NCBI GenBank assembly: GCA_040756875.1
Contig: JBFLYH010000003.1
Span: 192,001 to 256,000 of the forward strand
Length of the DNA stretch: 64,000 nt
From: a candidate division FCPU426 bacterium
Lineage (GTDB): Bacteria; Oederibacteriota; JAAXVQ01; JAUVAV01
Direction: 5' to 3'
Both the position numbers and the translations under genes were made by a program. Below, in pieces: positions 1 through 11,032 of the stretch; position 1 is the stretch's first letter; every line of letters begins with the position of its first letter. A model generated the notes under the pieces. It saw only the letters and a list, made by a program, of their open reading frames with translations, had not been told where the DNA came from and did no database searches.

Positions 1-231
1 GTCGATGAACACGCCGCGGCCGAGCCTGGCCCCGGGATGGATCTCGATCCCGGTCAGGAAGCGCGAAACGTGCGACACCAGACGGCCCAGGGTCTTGAGT
101 TTGAGGCGCCAGAGCGCGTGCGCCAGCCGGTGCAGCCACAGGGCGTGCAGCCCCGGATAGCACAGCAGCACCTCGATGATGTTCCGTGCCGCCGGGTCCT
201 TGGCGAAAACCGCTTTTACGTTGTCGAACAT
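1..231 (-). CDS. cysE: Serine O-acetyltransferase, N-terminal part (runs off the window)
   Basis: Not in the ORF track. My translation from ATG 231: [41 protein letters not shown]...[18 protein letters not shown] (DPAA, YPGLHA and IEIHPGA motifs). GGAGG RBS upstream. Confidence 0.93.
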   Translation of the reverse strand, partial: MFDNVKAVFAKDPAARNIIEVLLCYPGLHALWLHRLAHALWRLKLKTLGRLVSHVSRFLTGIEIHPGARLGRGVFID

Positions 232-251
232 GATCCACCTCCACGATCCTC

Positions 252-279
252 GTGGGGGCGTTCAATTGAACGCCCCTAC
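252..279. repeat. 28-bp GTAG-type REP-like palindrome, copy 1
   Basis: GTGGGGGCGTTCAATTGAACGCCCCTAC; one mismatch to the copy at 22228-22255; intergenic. Confidence 0.8.
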
Positions 280-320
280 AATCTTCACCGCAGGGACCTA
301 CTCCTGGCGGTTGGAAAAAT

Positions 321-1931
321 TCATTCCTCCCCGATCACCACCACGTTGGTGGCCGTGGACACCACCTTCAGGGCGTCGGACCGCAGCCCCGGATTGACCG
401 CGATCACGAGCTGGCGCTTGGCCTGCTGTGCGCGGTCCACCAGGTCCGCGGCCTGGGCCTGGCCCTGCCACTGGGCCGGCACTTCCAGCTTGAAGGACTT
501 TTCGCCGGTCAGGCGCTCGGCGCGTTCGAGCAGGCGCAGCACCCGGATCCGGATCGAGTCCGGCGAGGACACCCAACCCAGGCCCTGGCAGTGCGGACAG
601 GGGCTGCCCATGGAGCGGAGCAGGCTGCCGCGCACACGCTTGCGGGTCATTTCGATGAGCCCCAGGTCGGTCAGTTTGCGCACGCTGGTCTTGGCCCGGT
701 CGCGGCGCACGGCCTTGAGCAGCTCCTGGTACACCCGCTCCTTGTGTTCGGGCAGGCGCATGTCGATGAAATCCAGCACGATGATGCCGCCCAGGTCGCG
801 CAGGCGCAGCTGCCGCCCGATTTCCTGCGCGGCCTCGAGGTTGGTCCGCAGGATGGTCTCGTCCTGGCGCTGCCGGCCCACGTTGCGGCCGGTGTTCACG
901 TCCACCACCACCAGGGCCTCGGTTTCCTCGATCACCAGGTAGCCGCCGCATTTGAGCCAGACCTTGGGGCGCAGGGCCTTCTCGACCTCGGCGTCCAGGT
1001 TCAGGGCCTCGAACAGCGGCAGCTTGCCGCGGTAGAGGTCCACCTTGGGCTTGAGCGAGGTGAGGAAGCTTCCCAGCCACTTCTTGACATCCTTGCCGTG
1101 GCGCAGGGAGTCGATCACGATCTTTTTGTCCTCGTCGGTCAGGAGGTCCCTGATCACGCGGTGCAGCAGCCCCTGCTCGCTGTGCAGGGCCGCGGGCGCG
1201 GTCACGCGCTTTTCCTGGGTCTTGATCTGCTTCCACAGCTTGAGCAGGAACTGGACCTCGGCCGCCAGCTCCTTTTCCGTGGCGTTCTCGGCCGAGGTGC
1301 GCGCGATCACGCCGAACCCCTTGGGCGTGATGCGGTCGAGGATTTTTTTCAGCCGGCTGCGGGTCGCCTCCTGGGTGAGCCGGTGCGAGACCCCGGAATG
1401 CTGCGCGCCCGGAATGAGCACCAGCATGCGCGACGGCATGGACAGCTGGGCCGTGAGCCGCGGCCCCTTGGTGGAGATGGATTCCTTTTCCACCTGCACC
1501 AGGATTTCCTGGCCCTTGGTCAGCAGTTCCTGGATCGGGCGGCGGCCGCCGCGGCCGCCTTCGTTGCGCTCCGGCTCCTCGTCGCCCAGGGCGTCCTCCT
1601 GCTTGCGCGCCTGCTTGGCGTCCATGTAGTCCTCGATGGTGAACGAATCGGTCACCACGTCCCGGGCGTGGAGGAACCCGGCTTTCTCCAGGCCGATGTC
1701 CACGAACGCGGCCTGCAAACCCGGCAGCACGGCGTTGACCCGGCCCTTGTAAATGTTGCCCACGATCGAGGCTTCGGCCTGGCGCTCGAAATAGTATTCG
1801 GCCAGCCGTCCTTCCTCCAAAAATGCGACGCGGGTTTCGAAATCATCCTGGGAGATGATCATCTCCCGTTCCTGCTTTAAATACGGCGTAAGCACCGGCC
1901 TTTCCCGCCGGTGGCGTTTTCTATTACGCAT
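321..1931 (-). CDS. rng: Rne/Rng family ribonuclease (RNase E/G)
   Basis: GNIYKGRV..V.PGLQAAFVDIG S1 region, DVNTG, QLRLRDLGGIIVLDFIDM, zinc-link CPHCQGLG. Start codon uncertain. Confidence 0.92.
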   Translation of the reverse strand: MRNRKRHRRERPVLTPYLKQEREMIISQDDFETRVAFLEEGRLAEYYFERQAEASIVGNIYKGRVNAVLPGLQAAFVDIGLEKAGFLHARDVVTDSFTIEDYMDAKQARKQEDALGDEEPERNEGGRGGRRPIQELLTKGQEILVQVEKESISTKGPRLTAQLSMPSRMLVLIPGAQHSGVSHRLTQEATRSRLKKILDRITPKGFGVIARTSAENATEKELAAEVQFLLKLWKQIKTQEKRVTAPAALHSEQGLLHRVIRDLLTDEDKKIVIDSLRHGKDVKKWLGSFLTSLKPKVDLYRGKLPLFEALNLDAEVEKALRPKVWLKCGGYLVIEETEALVVVDVNTGRNVGRQRQDETILRTNLEAAQEIGRQLRLRDLGGIIVLDFIDMRLPEHKERVYQELLKAVRRDRAKTSVRKLTDLGLIEMTRKRVRGSLLRSMGSPCPHCQGLGWVSSPDSIRIRVLRLLERAERLTGEKSFKLEVPAQWQGQAQAADLVDRAQQAKRQLVIAVNPGLRSDALKVVSTATNVVVIGEE

Positions 1932-1975
1932 GGTAAAAACCTCTTTTCATTGTGTAATGATACGTTTTGGATTGT

Positions 1976-2052
1976 TTTGTCATTGCAAAGCAATCCTGTT
2001 CTGTTTCTTCATTTCAAATTGCTTCGGCCCCCTTCGGCAAGCTCAGGGTGCC
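1976..2052. repeat. Degenerate palindromic intergenic repeat fragments
   Basis: GTCATTGCAAAGCAATC, ATTGCTTCGGC and CCCTTCGGCAAGCTCAGGG in an AT-rich spacer; they resemble common REP-like repeats. Confidence 0.45.
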
Positions 2053-2112
2053 TCTAAACGGCTTTCCTTCCTTACATATATTATGAGTTAACGAATCTCC
2101 TCCTGTTTCCTT

Positions 2113-4701
2113 TCACGGAATCGTAATTTTCCCCTGGCTGATGCGGCCCGAGGCGGTCCGGGTCACCAGCACTTCCCAGGGTTCGGCCCCGGGTTCGCAC
2201 AAATACTGGACCAGGGTCGAGACTTTGGCCGCGTGCGGCGCCTCCGTGGAATGGAGCAGGCGGAGGTCCGCCGTTTCCGCTTCCGAGGGCTGCAGGGCCA
2301 GTTCCCGCACCGAGGTCTTGAGGTCCACGTCCACGGTGCCGCGTTTGGACCACTGGGGCCGCAGCAGCTGGTCCGCGGCCTGCAAGGCCCGGATCCGCTC
2401 CGCGAGCAGCTCCTGCAGGCCCTGGCGCCCGGGGAACTTCAGGAGGTATTCGCCGGCCTGGATCTGCTCGCTCAGGGCCGGGGTGCTGAGCGGGATTTCG
2501 CGGCAGGCCTCCACCTGCAGCCCGCCCGGCAGCTTGGCATTCAAAGCCGGAGCCATCTCCCGCGGGTCCCGCCATTGGTCCAGCCCGATGTCCAGCCATT
2601 CGGCCAGGCCCGTATAGCCGAGGGACAAGGGCGGCCCAAAAGCGAGAGCCGGCTGCGGATGGAACCCCACGGAATAATGCAGGGGCAATCCGGCGCGGCG
2701 CGCGGCCCGGCGGAACAAATTGACCAGGTCCAGATGGCCGACGAACCGCAGGTCGCCGGTCTTGCGGTAGCGCAGGCGCAGGCGCACGGTTTCTCGCTCC
2801 GGCCGGCTGGGCGCGGCCGCAGGGGCCGGAGAAGTCATTCCGCCGGGCGCCGCCGGCAGCGGGCACGCGCCGGGCTCGCCGGCGCCGCATTGCCGGCAGG
2901 GGCCGTCCAGCCGGCAGTCCGGGGTGGTCTCCCCGGCCAGGGCCCGCCGGCGCTCGTCCTCCAAAAAGGCGCGCGTCACGCCCGTGTCCAGATGGTCCCA
3001 CGGCAGCGGGGCGTCCACGGGCCTGGCGGCCAGGGCGTAGCGGTCCGGATCAACGCCCGTTTCCCGGAACGCCTGTTCCCACAGTTCGAAGCGGAACTGG
3101 TCGCCCCAGCTGTCAAAGCGCGCGCCCAGCTCCCAGGCGCGCTTCACCGCGGGCCAGAGCCGGCGGTCGCCCCGCGCCAGCACGGCCTCCAGGTAGCTGT
3201 GGTCCAATTCTTCCTTGAGCCGGCGGTCATGGGGCAGGCCCACGGACCGCGGCAGGCTGCGCGCCAGCAGTTGCCACCGCCGCTGCGCCTCGGCGCGCGG
3301 AAGCTGGGGCTCCCACTGAAACGGCGTGTGCGGCTTGGGCACGAACAGAGTCAGCCCCAGGTTGAAGCGCGGCGCCCGGCGCGACGTGGCGCCGGCGCGG
3401 CCGGCGTCGAGCAGGCGCCGCACCAGCCGGCCGATGGCCGCCACGTCCTCCTCGGTTTCGGTCGGCAGGCCGAGCATGAAATACAGCTTCACCAGGTCCC
3501 AGCCTTCGGCGAACACCGAGCCCAGGTTGCGGAGGAGCTGCTCCTCGTCGAGCGGTTTGTTGATCACCCGCCGCAGCCGGTCGCTGCCCGCCTCGGGCGC
3601 GAACGTCAGGCCGGTCCGGCGCACCACGCGGACGATCTCCGCGAGCTCTCGCTGGAAGGAATCAAGGCGCAGCGACGGCAGCGAGAGCGCCACCCGCTCC
3701 GCGGCCAGGGGCGGCAGCAGGCACCGGAGCAGCGGCACCACCTGGGTGTAATCGCCCGAGGACAGGGCGGTGAACGACACTTCCTCGTAGCCCGTGGCGC
3801 GCACCATCTCCAGCAGCTGGCCGAACACTTCCTGCGGGTCGCGCTCGCGCACCGGCCGGTTGAGCATGCCTGCCTGGCAGAAGCGGCAGCCGCGCGCGCA
3901 GCCCCGGAAGAGCTCGGTTGAGAGCCGGTCGTGCGTCACGCCCAGGTACGGCACCAGGGGCGTCCGGGGCAGGGCCGGCGGCGCCTCGCTGCGGCGCCGG
4001 ACGACCGGCGGCGCGCCCGCCAGGGGCGCAATCCCCTGGAAGCCGCCGTCCGCGCCGTACTGCGGCTCGTACAGGGACGGCACGTAAACGCCCGGCAGCT
4101 TCGCCAGTTCCCGCAGGCGCTCCCCGCGCGGCCGGGACCGCAATTCGTGGTGGCGCAGGATCACTTCCAAAAAGGCCTGCTCCCCGTCCCCCAGGACCAG
4201 CAGGTCGAACACTTCGGCCAGGGGCTCGGGATTGGCCGCGCCCGGCCCGCCGCCCGCCACCAGCGGGTGTTCGTCCGTGCGCGCGCGGGCCGCAACCGGG
4301 ATCCCGCCCAGGTCCAGGAGGTTGAGCACGTTGGTGTACGAAAGCTCGTGCTGCAGGGTGACGCCCACCACGCCGAAGTCGGAAAGCGGCGTGCCGGTTT
4401 CGAGGGAGACCAGGGGCAGGCGCCGCTCGCGCAGAAGCTGCTCGGCGTCGGTCCAGGGCGAGAAGACGCGCTCGGCGTACACGCGCGGATGCCGGTTCAG
4501 GAGCTCGTACAGGATTTGGAACCCGAGGTAGGAGAAACCGATCTCGTACACGTCCGGGAACGCCAGGACCGCGCGGCAGTCAACCTGCCGCGGATCCTTG
4601 CGGATTTCGTTCCACTCCCCGCCGATGTACCGGGCCGGTTTCTGGACGCGCGGAAAAACATCCCGGCGCAGAATCTGGGACCATTCAGTCGTCTTGGACA
4701 A
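2113..4701 (-). CDS. TIGR03960-type B12-binding radical SAM protein fused to a TIGR03936-type domain
   Basis: KPARYIGGEWN, FPDVYEIG, CARGCRFC (CxxxCxxC), TFAPEAGS; C-terminal LRYRKTGDLRFVGHLD...YSVGFHPQP; usual position next to rng. Confidence 0.92.
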   Translation of the reverse strand: MSKTTEWSQILRRDVFPRVQKPARYIGGEWNEIRKDPRQVDCRAVLAFPDVYEIGFSYLGFQILYELLNRHPRVYAERVFSPWTDAEQLLRERRLPLVSLETGTPLSDFGVVGVTLQHELSYTNVLNLLDLGGIPVAARARTDEHPLVAGGGPGAANPEPLAEVFDLLVLGDGEQAFLEVILRHHELRSRPRGERLRELAKLPGVYVPSLYEPQYGADGGFQGIAPLAGAPPVVRRRSEAPPALPRTPLVPYLGVTHDRLSTELFRGCARGCRFCQAGMLNRPVRERDPQEVFGQLLEMVRATGYEEVSFTALSSGDYTQVVPLLRCLLPPLAAERVALSLPSLRLDSFQRELAEIVRVVRRTGLTFAPEAGSDRLRRVINKPLDEEQLLRNLGSVFAEGWDLVKLYFMLGLPTETEEDVAAIGRLVRRLLDAGRAGATSRRAPRFNLGLTLFVPKPHTPFQWEPQLPRAEAQRRWQLLARSLPRSVGLPHDRRLKEELDHSYLEAVLARGDRRLWPAVKRAWELGARFDSWGDQFRFELWEQAFRETGVDPDRYALAARPVDAPLPWDHLDTGVTRAFLEDERRRALAGETTPDCRLDGPCRQCGAGEPGACPLPAAPGGMTSPAPAAAPSRPERETVRLRLRYRKTGDLRFVGHLDLVNLFRRAARRAGLPLHYSVGFHPQPALAFGPPLSLGYTGLAEWLDIGLDQWRDPREMAPALNAKLPGGLQVEACREIPLSTPALSEQIQAGEYLLKFPGRQGLQELLAERIRALQAADQLLRPQWSKRGTVDVDLKTSVRELALQPSEAETADLRLLHSTEAPHAAKVSTLVQYLCEPGAEPWEVLVTRTASGRISQGKITIP

Positions 4702-4936
4702 GTAACGAACCTGCTTTAATTTATTGGGCCGCGTCCCGCCATCGGGGGCCTGCGGCCGTATCTGTGAAGCCCCGCGCCGCGCCGCGGCCGGGGCAATCGG
4801 TGACGGTCAATAGGTGCACATTATAGAGCTAAACCCAGAAAAATACCTGAAATATTTTAGGTTTCCACAACTGCCATCTTAAACACCCTTTAAATTCGTC
4901 AGCCGCGGCGCGAAAGAGACTCCATGTTCTTGACCG

Positions 4937-6073
4937 CTATTTGACGGTGCGCCCGGTCCAGATGCTGTTCAGGATCCCCAGCAGGCTGAACACCGCGATC
5001 AGCGAGGACCCGCCGTAGGAAATCAGGGGCAGGGTCATGCCGGTCACGGGCAGAATGCCCGACGCCACGCCCAGGTTGACCGTGATTTGGGTGAACAGCA
5101 TGGTCGTCAGGCCGATGGCGGTCAGGCTGCCTTCCAGGTCCCGGGCCGAACGGGCCACGCGCAACGCCTGCAGCAGCAGGAGGATGAAAAGCAGCACCAC
5201 CACCAGCGCGCCCACGAACCCCCACTCCTCGGCCAGCACGGAAAAAATGAAATCCGTGTGGTGCTCGGGCACGAAACGCAGCTGCCCCTGCGTGCCGGAA
5301 AGCCAGCCCTTGCCGGTGAGCATCCCGGACCCGATCGCGATTTTGGACTGGATGACGTTGTAGCCCGCGCCCAGCGTGTCGCTGCTGGGATTCAAAAAGA
5401 CCAGCAGCCGGCGGCGCTGGTAATCCTTGAGCAGCAGCCAGACCAGGGGCGAGGCCAGCAGCCCGGCGCCGACCGTTCCCAGCAGGCGCCGGAGCGGCAC
5501 GCCCTGCACGAACAGCAGCACCAGCACCATGGGAATGAACACCAGGGCCGTGCCCAAGTCGGGCTCGCGCAGGATCAGGAGCATGGGCAGCCCGGCCAGG
5601 AGCAGCGCGCCCCAGAACGTGCCCCATTCGTGCGTGCGGTCGTGCCGGTTGGCCAGGAACTTCGCCAGCACCAGCACGGTCGCGATTTTGGCGAACTCCG
5701 AGGGCTGAATGCCGAAGGGCCCGAGGGACAGCCAGCGCCGCGAACCGGCGATCTCCTCGCCCGCGGCCAGCAGCAACGCCAGCAGCACGACCAGCGCCCA
5801 ATACGCCGGGAACGAATAGCGTTCGATCAGCACCTGGTAGTTGAGCGAGGCGAAAAACAGCATGGCCAGCAGGCTCAGGGACAGCCAGACGACCTGCTTC
5901 AGGTACAGCACCTGGGCGCCGGTCTTGCTGAAGGTCGCGGCATAGACCATGGCGACGCCGATCGCGGCCAGCAGCAACGCCGGCAGCAACACGGTCAAAT
6001 CGATTTCCCGGACAAGACGCAGGGTCCTCGCGGCCCTACGGGGTCTCCAGGTCCTGAGAGCTGGCAGCGCCAA
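4937..6073 (-). CDS. rodA: Rod shape-determining protein RodA (SEDS family)
   Basis: IQPSEFAK, EPDLGTA, GYNVIQSKIAIGSG, PEHHTDFIFS, LPLISYGGSS; TTG start with GGAGG, overlapping the mrdA 3' end. Confidence 0.95.
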   Translation of the reverse strand: MALPALRTWRPRRAARTLRLVREIDLTVLLPALLLAAIGVAMVYAATFSKTGAQVLYLKQVVWLSLSLLAMLFFASLNYQVLIERYSFPAYWALVVLLALLLAAGEEIAGSRRWLSLGPFGIQPSEFAKIATVLVLAKFLANRHDRTHEWGTFWGALLLAGLPMLLILREPDLGTALVFIPMVLVLLFVQGVPLRRLLGTVGAGLLASPLVWLLLKDYQRRRLLVFLNPSSDTLGAGYNVIQSKIAIGSGMLTGKGWLSGTQGQLRFVPEHHTDFIFSVLAEEWGFVGALVVVLLFILLLLQALRVARSARDLEGSLTAIGLTTMLFTQITVNLGVASGILPVTGMTLPLISYGGSSLIAVFSLLGILNSIWTGRTVK

Positions 6074-7841
6074 AATAGGCCTCCAACATGTCCCGGGCCA
6101 GGGGTGCGGCCTGGCTGCCGCCCCCGCCCGCGTTTTCCAGATACACCAGCACCGCGACCTCGGGCTTGTTGGCCGGAGCGTACGCGGCGAAGCCCGCGTG
6201 GTCCTCGCCGTGCGGGTTCTGCGCGGTGGCGGTTTTGCCCGCCACCAGAATGTCGTCCAGCTGGGCGCGCTTGCCCGTGCCCTGCCGCTTCTGCACCACG
6301 TTGAGCAGGCCGCGCTGCAGCAGGTCCCAGGTCTCGGACGAGGCCGGCACCTTGGTCAGCAGGGCGGGCTGGACTTCGTGGATCAGGCGGCCGGAGCGGC
6401 TCTGGACCGCCTTGAGCAGGTGCGGCTTGTACACCGGGCCGCGGTTCGCGACCGCGACGATGGTGCCGAGAATCTGCAGGGGCGTGGCCAGGATGAACCC
6501 CTGGCCGATGGACATCATCACCGTGTTGCCCGGGAACCACGGCATGTTCTGCGTGCGTTCCTTCCACTGGGCGCTGGGCACCAGGCCCGCGAGCTCGTTG
6601 GGCAGGTCCACGCCCGTGGCCTGGCCGTAGCCGAAGATCTTGGCCCACCGGCCCAGCTTGTCGATCTTCACGCGCAGGCCGAGATGGTAGTAATAGATGT
6701 CGCAGGATTCCACCAGGGACCGGTGCGCGCTCACCAGGCCGTGGCCCTCGGACTGCCAGCAGCGATAGGGCCAGGTGGAGATCCAGAACACGCCCTTGCA
6801 CAGGAACGTCTGCTGGGGCGTGACCAGGTGCTCCTCCAGCGCGGACACCAGGGTCACGATCTTGAAGATGGAGCCCGGCGGATACAGCCCCTGCATGGCC
6901 CGGTTGGTCAGCGGATAATCCCGGTCCTGGCGGAGCTTTTCCCATTCGGCCTGGGTCAGGCCGCGGGCGAAGCCGTTGGGGTCGAAGGAAGGCGACGAGG
7001 CCATGGCCAGGATGCCGCCGGTTTTGACTTCCTCGAGGAGGATGACGCCCTTCTGCTTGCCCAGCAGCTCCTCGGCCCTGGCCTGCAGCCTGCGGTCCAG
7101 CGTCAGGATCAGGTTGTGGCCGGGCCAGGGGTCCTCGCGCCCGAGAATGCCTTTCTGCCGACCCAGGGCGTCCACTTCGATGTGCAGCCAGCCGTTGCGC
7201 CCCTTCAGGTACTGGTCATAGGCCTTCTCCACGCCCAGCTGGCCGATGATGTCCCCGGTCTGGTAGCCGTCCCGCAGCGCCAGTTCGTGCTCGGAAATTT
7301 CGCCCACGTATCCCAGCACGTGGAAGCCCAAGGCGCCCTGAGGGTAATTGCGCCGGGACTCGGTGAACACCACCACGCCCGGCAGCTCCGGCCGGTGCTC
7401 CTCGACGCGCGAGGCGGTGAAGCGGTCGATGTTGGTTTTGAGGCGCAGCGGTTCGTAGTAGCGCAGGCCCCGGTTCTTCAGCTTGGTCTCCACTTCGTCC
7501 CGGCTCAAGCCCAGCAGCGATTCCAGAAGCGTCAGGGCCTGCTGCCGGCTGTCGGCGTCCGAGGGAAACAGCGCCGGGATCAGCGCCACGCTGAAGGTGG
7601 GCACGTTGCCCACCAGGAGCTCGCCGTTGCGGTCGTAAATCAGCCCCCGCTGGGCCTTGATCGGCACCAGGCGGATCCGGTTGCGCAGGGAGAGTTCGCG
7701 GTAGCGGGAGCCTTCCCACACTTGCAGGTAGGCCAGCCGCACCACCAGCAGACCCAGGCAGGCCACCATGATCGTGCCCAGGAGCCGGATGCGCTTGCGG
7801 AATTTTTCGGTCTTGCGCTCGAGAAATTGTTCCCACAGCAT
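6036..7841 (-). CDS. mrdA: Penicillin-binding protein 2
   Basis: N-terminal TM, RGLIYDRNG, SxxK (GSIFK), SxD (SCD), KT(A)T (GKTATAQ). Start set at ATG 7841 (MLWEQFL) rather than 7931. Confidence 0.95.
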   Translation of the reverse strand: MLWEQFLERKTEKFRKRIRLLGTIMVACLGLLVVRLAYLQVWEGSRYRELSLRNRIRLVPIKAQRGLIYDRNGELLVGNVPTFSVALIPALFPSDADSRQQALTLLESLLGLSRDEVETKLKNRGLRYYEPLRLKTNIDRFTASRVEEHRPELPGVVVFTESRRNYPQGALGFHVLGYVGEISEHELALRDGYQTGDIIGQLGVEKAYDQYLKGRNGWLHIEVDALGRQKGILGREDPWPGHNLILTLDRRLQARAEELLGKQKGVILLEEVKTGGILAMASSPSFDPNGFARGLTQAEWEKLRQDRDYPLTNRAMQGLYPPGSIFKIVTLVSALEEHLVTPQQTFLCKGVFWISTWPYRCWQSEGHGLVSAHRSLVESCDIYYYHLGLRVKIDKLGRWAKIFGYGQATGVDLPNELAGLVPSAQWKERTQNMPWFPGNTVMMSIGQGFILATPLQILGTIVAVANRGPVYKPHLLKAVQSRSGRLIHEVQPALLTKVPASSETWDLLQRGLLNVVQKRQGTGKRAQLDDILVAGKTATAQNPHGEDHAGFAAYAPANKPEVAVLVYLENAGGGGSQAAPLARDMLEAYFGAASSQDLETP

Positions 7842-7964
7842 GGAGCCCCCCCGGCGTATTGTGCCGGGGTACCCCCTTTCATTTTTCACATTCAACTCCA
7901 GGGGGAGGGCGACATCCCCGGAGCAGGGCATTCTATTATTTACTTGAGTGGCCCGACGTCCCCT

Positions 7965-8015
7965 GCGACCGAAGGAAGTCCCCTATCCATCAAGTCGGGG
8001 CGAAGGGGATATAGG
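7965..8015. repeat. GCGACC..AGGAAGTCCC...ATATAGG repeat copy next to the mreD stop
   Basis: Shares both ends with the units at 22279-22407; ATATAGG abuts the mreD stop codon. Confidence 0.6.
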
Positions 8016-8528
8016 TCAATTCAAACGTAAATGATGCGCGTGCGGGTCTTCCCTGAGGTTCAGCCACTGGTCCAGCCCGAGGTACAGCCAGGGCCCGAGC
8101 AGGGCCTGGAACAGGGACAGGCCGGCCGCGCGCCCCAGCCAGATCCCGAACGGCAGGCTGGCGCCCAACAGGGTGTTGAGCCAGAACAGAGCCAGGAACT
8201 GGTGCAGCCAGGTGAACCCCAGCACGATCAGCAGCTGGGAGATGAAATTGTCCTGCACGAACCGGCGGCGCAAATACAGCGCCACGTACGCCACGCCCAG
8301 CAGCAGGAAGGCGTTGAACCCCATCCGGCCCCCGGCGGCGATGTCCTGCAGCAGCCCCGCGCTGAACGCCACCCACAGGCCGAGCGTGGTCTGGCGCCGC
8401 AGGGCCACGTACAGCACCCACAGGAGCACCAGGTCCGGGCCCAGGCCGGCGATGGACAGCGCGTGCACCCAGGTGGTTTGCAGGACCACGGCCAGCAGCG
8501 TGAACAAAGCGATCAATACCACGGACAC
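8016..8528 (-). CDS. mreD: Rod shape-determining protein MreD
   Basis: GTG start at 8528; hydrophobic 170 aa with PDLVLL..LY.AL and GLLQD; between mreC and mrdA. Confidence 0.88.
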   Translation of the reverse strand: MSVVLIALFTLLAVVLQTTWVHALSIAGLGPDLVLLWVLYVALRRQTTLGLWVAFSAGLLQDIAAGGRMGFNAFLLLGVAYVALYLRRRFVQDNFISQLLIVLGFTWLHQFLALFWLNTLLGASLPFGIWLGRAAGLSLFQALLGPWLYLGLDQWLNLREDPHAHHLRLN

Positions 8529-8530
8529 GT

Positions 8531-9349
8531 TCAATTCTCCGGCAGCAGGATCAAAAAGCGGTCCTGGTTCTTGAAATCCACGCAGGGTTTGAGGCGGATG
8601 TCCAGCATCAGCCCGTTTTCCGCCGGGGCCACGCTCACCACGTCGCCGATGGGCAGGCCGGCCGGAAAGAGCGTGCTCAGGTGGGAGGTGACCACGCGGT
8701 CGCCGGCCCGGACGTCCTCGCCGCCGGCCACGTACACCATGCGCAGCGTGTCTTCGCCCGTGCCCTTGACCGTGCCGTGCACTTTCGAGCGCTCCACCCA
8801 GCCCGCGACCGAGCTCTGGGAATCGACCATCAGCATCACCGTGGCCGAGAAGGGGTTCACGTCCTGCACCCGGCCGGCCACGCCGGCCGGCGTGATCGCG
8901 CCCGAGCCGGCGGTCACGCCGTCGGTCGAGCCGCGGTCCACCACCACCCGCTCCAGCCAGCTCACCGGGTCGCGGGCGATGACCTCGGCCGGCAGGAACG
9001 ACCACTCGGTGCGGCGCTTGTATTCCAGTTCAGTGCGCAGTTGCTCGTTCTCGCGGGCCTGCTCCCGCAGCAGCTGGTTGCGCAGGCTGAGTTTTTCGAC
9101 CTGGGAGGAAAGCTCCTGGTTTTCTCGGCGCAGGGAACTGAGCGAGGTGAAGAAGGAGACCCACCCCTGGGCCGTGCGGACCAGGGAGGAGGAGGCTTTT
9201 TGGAACGGAAAAACCACCAGGGACACGGTCTGGCGCAGCGTGCGCCCGAAAATGCCGGGCTGGCGCAGGGACAGCACCATGCCCAGCGAGACCAGCACCA
9301 GCAGCGCAAAGATGATCTCGCGGCGCCATTTCCACAGGAAATCAGGCAC
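8531..9349 (-). CDS. mreC: Rod shape-determining protein MreC
   Basis: TM, coiled coil (LRRENQEL), AEVIARDP, DRGSTDGV, FPAGLPIG. Confidence 0.94.
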   Translation of the reverse strand: MPDFLWKWRREIIFALLVLVSLGMVLSLRQPGIFGRTLRQTVSLVVFPFQKASSSLVRTAQGWVSFFTSLSSLRRENQELSSQVEKLSLRNQLLREQARENEQLRTELEYKRRTEWSFLPAEVIARDPVSWLERVVVDRGSTDGVTAGSGAITPAGVAGRVQDVNPFSATVMLMVDSQSSVAGWVERSKVHGTVKGTGEDTLRMVYVAGGEDVRAGDRVVTSHLSTLFPAGLPIGDVVSVAPAENGLMLDIRLKPCVDFKNQDRFLILLPEN

Positions 9350-9432
9350 GCCGTCCTCCTGGGGACGGGACTTCTTCGCTTGCTCCGCAGCTGTACCAGC
9401 GGAGGCCTATTTTATTTATAAGGGGCAATCTG

Positions 9433-10596
<1,164 letters not shown>

Positions 10597-10878
10597 TTAG
10601 GACCGGCGGGTTCCGCGGGATTTCTTCCGAGCCGCGGGTTTCGTCCGGGAACGGGCGGGTTTGCGGCCCGTCCTTTTGGAAACGGCCGGGCCGGATGCAG
10701 GCGCCGCCACCGCAGCGGCCGAAACAGCCGCGGCCGGCGAGGCCGCGGCCTTGGGCTTGATGCCCAGCCAGGAAGACATCAAATCCACCACATCCCGGTC
10801 CGTCCATTCCGCGACGGCCATAGCGAAGATCAGAAACAGCACCAATAAAACGGCTAAAAACCCGATAAGCAAGCCCAC
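10597..10878 (-). CDS. Small membrane-anchored protein with Ala-rich linker and Lys/Arg-rich tail
   Basis: GTG at 10878 with AGGAGG RBS; 93 aa with one hydrophobic N-terminal helix; promoter just upstream. Confidence 0.7.
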   Translation of the reverse strand: MGLLIGFLAVLLVLFLIFAMAVAEWTDRDVVDLMSSWLGIKPKAAASPAAAVSAAAVAAPASGPAVSKRTGRKPARSRTKPAARKKSRGTRRS

Positions 10879-10906
10879 TGCGTTTTCCTCCTGAAAATGT
10901 GGGCCA

Positions 10907-10935
10907 ATTATACCCATTTGCCCTGGCACCCGCAA
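10907..10935 (-). promoter_or_regulatory. Sigma70-like promoter for the small ORF/mreB unit
   Basis: TTGCGG-N17-TATAAT on the minus strand. Confidence 0.55.
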
Positions 10936-10949
10936 TAGGTTTTTTGCGG

Positions 10950-10977
10950 TTGCAACCCGGGACTGATTTGCTATAAT
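10950..10977 (+). promoter_or_regulatory. Sigma70-like promoter (extended -10) for the PPIase gene
   Basis: TTGCAA-N16-TATAAT with TG at the extended position; back-to-back with the previous promoter. Confidence 0.55.
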
Positions 10978-11032
10978 GGCCGCCTATTTCAATGAATTTT
11001 TCCCCGTTCAGGAAAGGACCGGACCCTCGGCC

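Noticed and set aside
4702-4830. GC-rich hairpins in the radical SAM leader as a riboswitch
   Set aside because: Pairing is no more than expected at this GC content and there is no recognisable motif.
7842-7931. N-terminal extension of PBP2 (similar extensions for Maf, MazG, MreD, EFR1)
   Set aside because: They run through intergenic repeats or neighbouring genes; downstream starts fit family N-termini or RBS better.
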